Assembly: GCA_963790225.1 (NCBI GenBank)
Contig: CAWBNX010000003.1
Location: 151,044-215,043, forward strand
DNA from: an uncultured Actinomycetota bacterium
GTDB lineage: Bacteria > Actinomycetota > Actinomycetes > Propionibacteriales > Nocardioidaceae
Reading direction: 5' to 3'
DNA length: 64,000 bases
The notes under the pieces are model-generated. The model did no database searches. It was not told the DNA's origin and saw only the letters and a program-made list of their open reading frames with translations. The translations under genes were made by a program, and so were the position numbers. This document shows positions 58,957 to 64,000 of this stretch, in pieces (position 1 is the first letter of the stretch; every line of letters starts with the position of its first letter).

Positions 58957-59646
58957 GTGATCACTTTCGACAGCGTCTCCATGACCTACCCGGGGCAGCA
59001 CCGCGCTGCCCTGGAGGACGTGACGGTGCACGTCGACGAGGGCGAGTTCGTCTTCCTCGTCGGCGCCTCGGGCTCCGGCAAGTCGAGCTTCCTGAGGCTG
59101 GTGCTGCGCGAGTCGCGCACGTCGCGCGGACGCATCGTCGTCGCGGGTCGCGACCTCAACCGGATGCGCGGCTGGCGCGTCCCGAAGCACCGCCGCCAGA
59201 TCGGCACCGTCTTCCAGGACTTCCGGCTGCTGCCGAACAAGAACGTGCGCGAGAACGTCGCCTTCGCCCTCCAGGTCATCGGTACGCCGCGCGCGGTCGT
59301 GCGTCAGCACGTCCCGGTGGTGCTGGAGATGGTGGGGCTGGAGGGCAAGGGGGAGCGGATGCCCGACGAGCTCTCCGGTGGCGAGCAGCAACGCGTCGCC
59401 ATCGCCCGAGCGTTCGTCAACCGCCCGCGCATCCTCATCGCCGACGAGCCCACCGGCAACCTCGACCCGAACACGTCGGTCGGCATCATGAAGCTGCTCG
59501 ACCGCATCAACCGCACCGGCACCACCGTGGTGATGGCGACCCACGACTTCGGCGTGGTGGACCAGATGCGCAAGCGCGTCATCGAGCTCGAGGGCGGCCA
59601 CGTCGTCCGGGACCAGGCCCGCGGTGTCTACGGCTACCAGCACTGA
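58957..59646 (+). CDS. ftsE: Cell division ATP-binding protein FtsE
   Basis: [25 protein letters not shown] and ADEPTGNLD. Confidence 0.95.
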   Translation: MITFDSVSMTYPGQHRAALEDVTVHVDEGEFVFLVGASGSGKSSFLRLVLRESRTSRGRIVVAGRDLNRMRGWRVPKHRRQIGTVFQDFRLLPNKNVRENVAFALQVIGTPRAVVRQHVPVVLEMVGLEGKGERMPDELSGGEQQRVAIARAFVNRPRILIADEPTGNLDPNTSVGIMKLLDRINRTGTTVVMATHDFGVVDQMRKRVIELEGGHVVRDQARGVYGYQH

Positions 59647-59671
59647 CCAGCACTGACCAGCAGGAGGCACC

Positions 59672-60592
59672 ATGCAGCTGACCTACGTGCTGACCGAGCT
59701 GGGGACCGGTCTCAAGCGCAACATCTCGATGACGGTCGCCGTCGTCGTCACTCTCTTCGTCTCCCTGACGCTGGTGGGGCTCGGGCTGCTGCTCAACGCC
59801 CAGGCCGACAAGGCCGAGCAGTTCTGGGGCGACCGGCTCCAGATCACGGTCTTCCTCTGCACCGACAACTCGCCCGGCGCCGCGTGCATCGACGGCAAGG
59901 CCACGCCCGAGCAGCGCGCCGACGTGCGCCGGGCGCTCGCGGCGAACCCGGAGGTCGAGTCGTTCCGGTTCGAGACCAGCGACCGGGCCTACGCGAAGTG
60001 GAAGGACGTCTACTCCTCGGGCGAGGAGACCCAGCAGCAGGTCTTCGCCGCCATCAAGCCCGGCGACCTGGCGGAGTCGTTCTGGGTGACCTTGAAGGAC
60101 CCGCGCGAGTTCAGCAGCGTGACCACCGAGGTCGGTGCCCTGGGCGGCGTCAGCTCGATCCGCGACCTGCGCGAGGTCCTGCAGCCGATCTACTTCTGGA
60201 TCAGCGCCTTCAAGTGGGGCGCCATCGGCATCGCCGGGCTGCTCCTGGTGGCGGCGCTGCTGCAGGTGGCCAACACCATCCGGCTCGCCGCGATGGCGCG
60301 ACGCCGCGAGATCGGCATCATGCGGCTGGTCGGCGCCTCCAGCCTCTACATCCAGCTGCCCTTCCTGCTCGAGGCGCTGGTCGCCGCCGTGCTGGGCATC
60401 GCGCTCGCCACCGGGGCGGTGGTGGGCTTCCTGTACTTCGTCGTCTACCGCCTGCTGAGACCGAACTCCAACCTCGTGGCCTGGGTCAGCTGGGACGACG
60501 GGGTGACGGCCATCTACGTCATCACCGCCGTCGGACTTGCGTTGACTCTGATCCCGACTCTCCTGCTGACCCGCAAATACCTGAAGGTGTGA
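59672..60592 (+). CDS. ftsX: Cell division permease FtsX
   Basis: RNISMT.A and NTIRL...ARRREI.IMRLVGAS..YI.LPF..E. Confidence 0.95.
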   Translation: MQLTYVLTELGTGLKRNISMTVAVVVTLFVSLTLVGLGLLLNAQADKAEQFWGDRLQITVFLCTDNSPGAACIDGKATPEQRADVRRALAANPEVESFRFETSDRAYAKWKDVYSSGEETQQQVFAAIKPGDLAESFWVTLKDPREFSSVTTEVGALGGVSSIRDLREVLQPIYFWISAFKWGAIGIAGLLLVAALLQVANTIRLAAMARRREIGIMRLVGASSLYIQLPFLLEALVAAVLGIALATGAVVGFLYFVVYRLLRPNSNLVAWVSWDDGVTAIYVITAVGLALTLIPTLLLTRKYLKV

Positions 60593-60692
60593 GGGTCGTC
60601 GGTTACGGTCGAACCGACATTATTCGCGACCCCTGATCCCCGCTCCGTCCGCGACCTCACGTGAGGCCCCACCGTGGTTCGTTCCTTCCCCC

Positions 60693-61955
60693 GTGCCACG
60701 CAGCAGCTGCTCCGGCGGCCGGCTGCTCCCGTCGTCGTGCACCTCCCTGCTGCTGACCGGCCTGGTCACCTCCCTGCTGCCCACGGCCGGCGCCGCGGAC
60801 CTCGACGACCGCAAGTCGCAGGTGCAGAAGAAGCTCAACCAGGCCGACCAGCACCTCCACGAGTCCTCAGCCGAGCTGGCCGCAGCCACCCGTGCGCTGG
60901 TCCGGGCGCAGGCCGCGCTGGCCGACGCCCGTGAGCGCCGGTCGGCGACGGAGGCGGAGCTCGGCGTGGCCCGCCGGCGCGACCGGCTCATGCAGGAGCG
61001 GCTCGAGGCCGCCGAGGCGCGTCTGGCCCGCGCCCGGGCCGACCTCGCCCAGGGGCAGCGCGACGTCGAGGAGCAGGAGGAGGACCTGCGCCGGATGGCG
61101 GTGTCGAGCTACCAGCAGGGCGACCCGGACCTGCTCGGGCTCTCCATGGTCTTCACCACCCAGGACCCCGCGCAGCTGACGGGCCGCATGAACGCGAACA
61201 GCACGGTCGTCAACGTCGAGGCCGCCGTCCTCGACCAGGTGGAGGCCGCCAGGGTCCTCTTCGCCGTCCGCGAGGAGGAGACCGAGAAGGCCCAGGCCGA
61301 GGTCGCCGCCCGTCGCGAGGAGGCCGCCGCCAACCTGGTCGAGAAGGCGCGGCTGGAGGAGGCGGCCCGCGCCGCGGCCGTCGAGGTGAGCGAGCTCGTC
61401 TCGGCCAGGCGCTCGGCGCGCGCCACCGCCGTCGAGGCCAAGCGCGCCGACCTCAAGGACATCGCCCGTCTGGAGGCCGAGCGCGGACGCATCGAGCGGC
61501 TCATCCTGGCCCGGGCCGCGGCGACGCAACGGGCGCGGGCCCGGGCCGCCGGGAGCAGCGACGGCTTCCTCGACCAGCCGGTCAGCGGCTACGTCACCAG
61601 CCGGTTCGGCTGGCGCACCCACCCGCTCTGGGGCTACCGCTCGCTCCACGACGGGGTCGACTTCGGCGCCGCGTGCGGGACACCGATCCGGGCCGCGGCG
61701 AGCGGACGCGTGCTGTCGACGTACTTCCAGACCGCCTGGGGAAACCGGATCATCATCGACCACGGCGTGCACCGCGGGGTGGGCGTGGCCACGATCTCCA
61801 ACCACCTCAGCTCGTACGCCGTGTCGGCCGGCGAGCGCGTGGAGCGCGGCGAGGTGGTCGGCTACGTCGGCAGCACCGGCTGGTCGACCGGCTGCCACCT
61901 GCACTACAGCGTGCTGAACAACGGCTCGGCCGTCGACCCGATGGGCTGGTTCTGA
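60693..61955 (+). CDS. Coiled-coil M23 family peptidoglycan DD-endopeptidase (FtsEX partner)
   Basis: Signal peptide, long coiled coil, HDGVD and STGCHLHY. Confidence 0.92.
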   Translation: MPRSSCSGGRLLPSSCTSLLLTGLVTSLLPTAGAADLDDRKSQVQKKLNQADQHLHESSAELAAATRALVRAQAALADARERRSATEAELGVARRRDRLMQERLEAAEARLARARADLAQGQRDVEEQEEDLRRMAVSSYQQGDPDLLGLSMVFTTQDPAQLTGRMNANSTVVNVEAAVLDQVEAARVLFAVREEETEKAQAEVAARREEAAANLVEKARLEEAARAAAVEVSELVSARRSARATAVEAKRADLKDIARLEAERGRIERLILARAAATQRARARAAGSSDGFLDQPVSGYVTSRFGWRTHPLWGYRSLHDGVDFGAACGTPIRAAASGRVLSTYFQTAWGNRIIIDHGVHRGVGVATISNHLSSYAVSAGERVERGEVVGYVGSTGWSTGCHLHYSVLNNGSAVDPMGWF

Positions 61956-62009
61956 GCCGTCCCGGCCGGCGGGGTGAAACCGCTGGCGCGGCCTGAGACA
62001 ATCGACCTC

Positions 62010-62486
62010 ATGGCCAAGGAGAAGGGGCGCTCGACGATCGCGCAGAACAAGAAGGCGCGACACGACTACGCCATCGAGGACACCTACGAGGCCGGCATCG
62101 TCCTGCAGGGCACCGAGGTGAAGTCGCTGCGGGCCGGCCGGGCCTCGCTGGTGGACGGGTTCTGCGACATCGAGAACGGCGAGGTCTTCCTCCACGCCAT
62201 CCACATCCCCACCTACACCGAGGGCACCTGGACCAACCACGAGGTCCGCCGGCGCCGCAAGCTCCTGCTCAACCGGGTCGAGATCGACAAGATCGAGGCC
62301 AAGATCCGGGAGAAGGGCTACTCCCTGGTGCCGCTGTCGATGTACTTCAAGGACGGTCGCGCCAAGGTCGAGATCGGTCTGGGCAAGGGTCGCAAGAGCT
62401 ACGACAAGCGCAACGCCATCGCCGAGCGGACCGCCAAGCGCGAGGCCGAGATCGCGGTGGGTCGCAAGTTCAAGGGCATGGGGTGA
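62010..62486 (+). CDS. smpB: SsrA-binding protein SmpB
   Basis: [21 protein letters not shown] and YDKR. Confidence 0.97.
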   Translation: MAKEKGRSTIAQNKKARHDYAIEDTYEAGIVLQGTEVKSLRAGRASLVDGFCDIENGEVFLHAIHIPTYTEGTWTNHEVRRRRKLLLNRVEIDKIEAKIREKGYSLVPLSMYFKDGRAKVEIGLGKGRKSYDKRNAIAERTAKREAEIAVGRKFKGMG

Positions 62487-63396
62487 GCCCGGGGCCGGGT
62501 CCCGCTCCGCTCGACCGACGCCGAGGTCCCCGCCTGGTGGCAGCGCCTCGGCCTGCCGGGGCTCTTCGACGTCCACGTCCACTTCCTGCCGCCGCGGGTG
62601 CAGGCGAAGGTGTGGGCCCAGTTCGACGACGCCGGCCCGCTCATCGGCCGGGAGTGGCCGATCCGCTACCGCGGCAGCGAGGAGGAGCGTGTCGCCCAGC
62701 TGCGCGCCCTCGGCGTACGGCGGTTCTCGGCGCTGTCCTACGCCCACCGCCCGGGGATGGCGGAGTTCCTCAACGACTGGGCCGCCGACTTCGCTGACCG
62801 GGTGCCCGAGTGCCTGCGGTCGGGCACCTTCTTCCCGGAGCCGGGCGTCGCGGACTACGTGACCCGTCGCCTCGAGGCGGGGGTGCAGGTCTTCAAGGTG
62901 CACGTGCAGGTGGGGGCCATCGACCTGCGCGACCCGCTGCTCGACGCGACCTGGGGGCTGCTGGCGGAGGCCGGCACGCCGATCGTCGTCCACGCCGGCT
63001 CCGGACCGGTCGCGACGGACTTGACCGGGCCCGAGCCGCTGCGCGCCCTGCTCGCCCGCCACCCGCGGCTGAGCGTGGTGGTGGCGCACGCCGGTGCACC
63101 GGAGTACGCCGACTTCGTCCGGCTCGCGCTCGAGCACGAGCGCACCTTCGTCGACACCGCGATGGTGTTCACCGACTTCTTCTCCGAGGGCGGCGCCTTC
63201 CCGGCCGAGCTGCTGGCCGAGCTGAGGGACCGGCCCGACGTGGTCCTGCTCGGGTCGGACTTCCCGACGCTGCCCTACCCGTACGCCCACCAGCTCGAGG
63301 CGCTCGAGCGGCTCGGGCTCGGTGACGACTGGCTGCGGGCGGTGTGCTGGGAGAACGGCAGCCCGCCTGCTGGGAGACCCGGCGGCAGCGAGCTGA
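62483..63396 (+). CDS. Amidohydrolase_2 family protein, frameshifts near both ends
   Basis: [24 protein letters not shown] and GSDFP; corrected end NGARLLG...*. Confidence 0.85.
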
Positions 63397-63407
63397 GCTG
63401 TGCACCG

Positions 63408-63437
63408 GTGACACGTGTCACGGAGAGGTCGTGACAC
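63408..63437. promoter_or_regulatory. Perfect 14-bp palindrome GTGACACGTGTCAC plus a third half-site upstream of the ABC transporter
   Basis: Palindrome at 63408-63421; GTGACAC again at 63431-63437. Confidence 0.6.
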
Positions 63438-63479
63438 GCGGCTCGTCCGGTGAGGGCGTCCGCCCGTCAGGCTGGGGGC

Positions 63480-64000
63480 ATGCCGTCGACGAGCACTGGA
63501 TCCCCCGCGATCGAGCTGCACGGGCTGAGGCGGACCTTCCCGGCAGCGGGCGGTGAGGTCACCGCCCTCGATGGGCTCGACCTGACCGTCCACCGTGGCG
63601 AGGTGGTGGCTCTGCTCGGACCCAACGGGGCCGGCAAGACGACGACCCTCGACATGGTGCTCGGCCTGGCGCTGCCGTCGGCCGGCACGGTGACGGTGCT
63701 CGGCGCGGCGGCGCGCGCGGCGGTCCGCGCGGGGCGGGTCTCGGCGGTGCTGCAGACCGGCGGCCTGCTCGGCGACCTCACCGTGCGCGAGACCGTGCGC
63801 TTCATCGCCTCCACCTTCGCTGCGACCGGGCGTGCCACCGCCCCGGTCGACGAGGTGCTGGAGCGGGCCGGGATCGCCCGGCTCGGCGACCGCCTGGTGG
63901 CCAGGTGCAGCGGAGGAGAGCAGCAGCGACTGCGCTTCGCGCTCGCGCTGCTGCCGGATCCCGACCTGCTCGTGCTCGACGAGCCGACGGTGGGCATGGA
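63480..64000 (+). CDS. ABC transporter ATP-binding protein (export type), 3' truncated by window edge
   Basis: GPNGAGKTT, CSGGEQQR and LDEPTVGM; absent from the ORF track because there is no stop in the window. Confidence 0.9.
   Translation, partial: MPSTSTGSPAIELHGLRRTFPAAGGEVTALDGLDLTVHRGEVVALLGPNGAGKTTTLDMVLGLALPSAGTVTVLGAAARAAVRAGRVSAVLQTGGLLGDLTVRETVRFIASTFAATGRATAPVDEVLERAGIARLGDRLVARCSGGEQQRLRFALALLPDPDLLVLDEPTVGM

Noticed and set aside
59636-59662. ACCAGCACTG tandem duplication across the ftsE stop
   Set aside because: A simple slippage duplication; the ftsX RBS and start are intact, with no evident consequence.
62486-63480. tmRNA (ssrA) after smpB
   Set aside because: No GGGG.TGA..GGTTTCGAC 5' end or tRNA-like 3' end is present; the region is coding.

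Overview
High-GC actinobacterial chromosome segment; the gene content resembles Nocardioidaceae (inference). The conserved backbone runs cofE-cofD / whiB / manB / ahcY-mtrA-mtrB-lpqB-comF / raiA-motif RNA-hpf / secA ... prfB-ftsE-ftsX-M23-smpB. It is interleaved with a Tad/Flp pilus system split into two halves (26.7-28.8 kb and 48.2-52.9 kb), an amino-acid catabolism block (pruA, kynA, gdhB, amidase), a DUF222/HNH element, an NHEJ locus (Ku plus split LigD) and two divergent accessory genes at 52.9-57.7 kb. More than 20 genes carry frameshifts, including essential secA and prfB. Where checked these are mostly single extra bases, so they are treated as long-read errors and genes were reconstructed across frames by eye (internal breakpoints approximate). 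Highlights: (1) a complete raiA-motif ncRNA with its own promoter, an extended P2-type hairpin and an open frame running through it into hpf; (2) a DnaA-box-like TCCACAG element at near-constant spacing upstream of comF and both tad halves, suggesting a competence regulon; (3) an atypical response regulator lacking the phosphoacceptor Asp, divergent from tadA; (4) an uncharacterised ~900 aa receptor-like membrane protein (Cys ectodomain, TM bundle, TPR, HhH/DUF4332-like tail) with an inverted repeat over its promoter. No tRNA, rRNA, tmRNA or CRISPR array was seen. All family calls come from motif recognition, not database searches.
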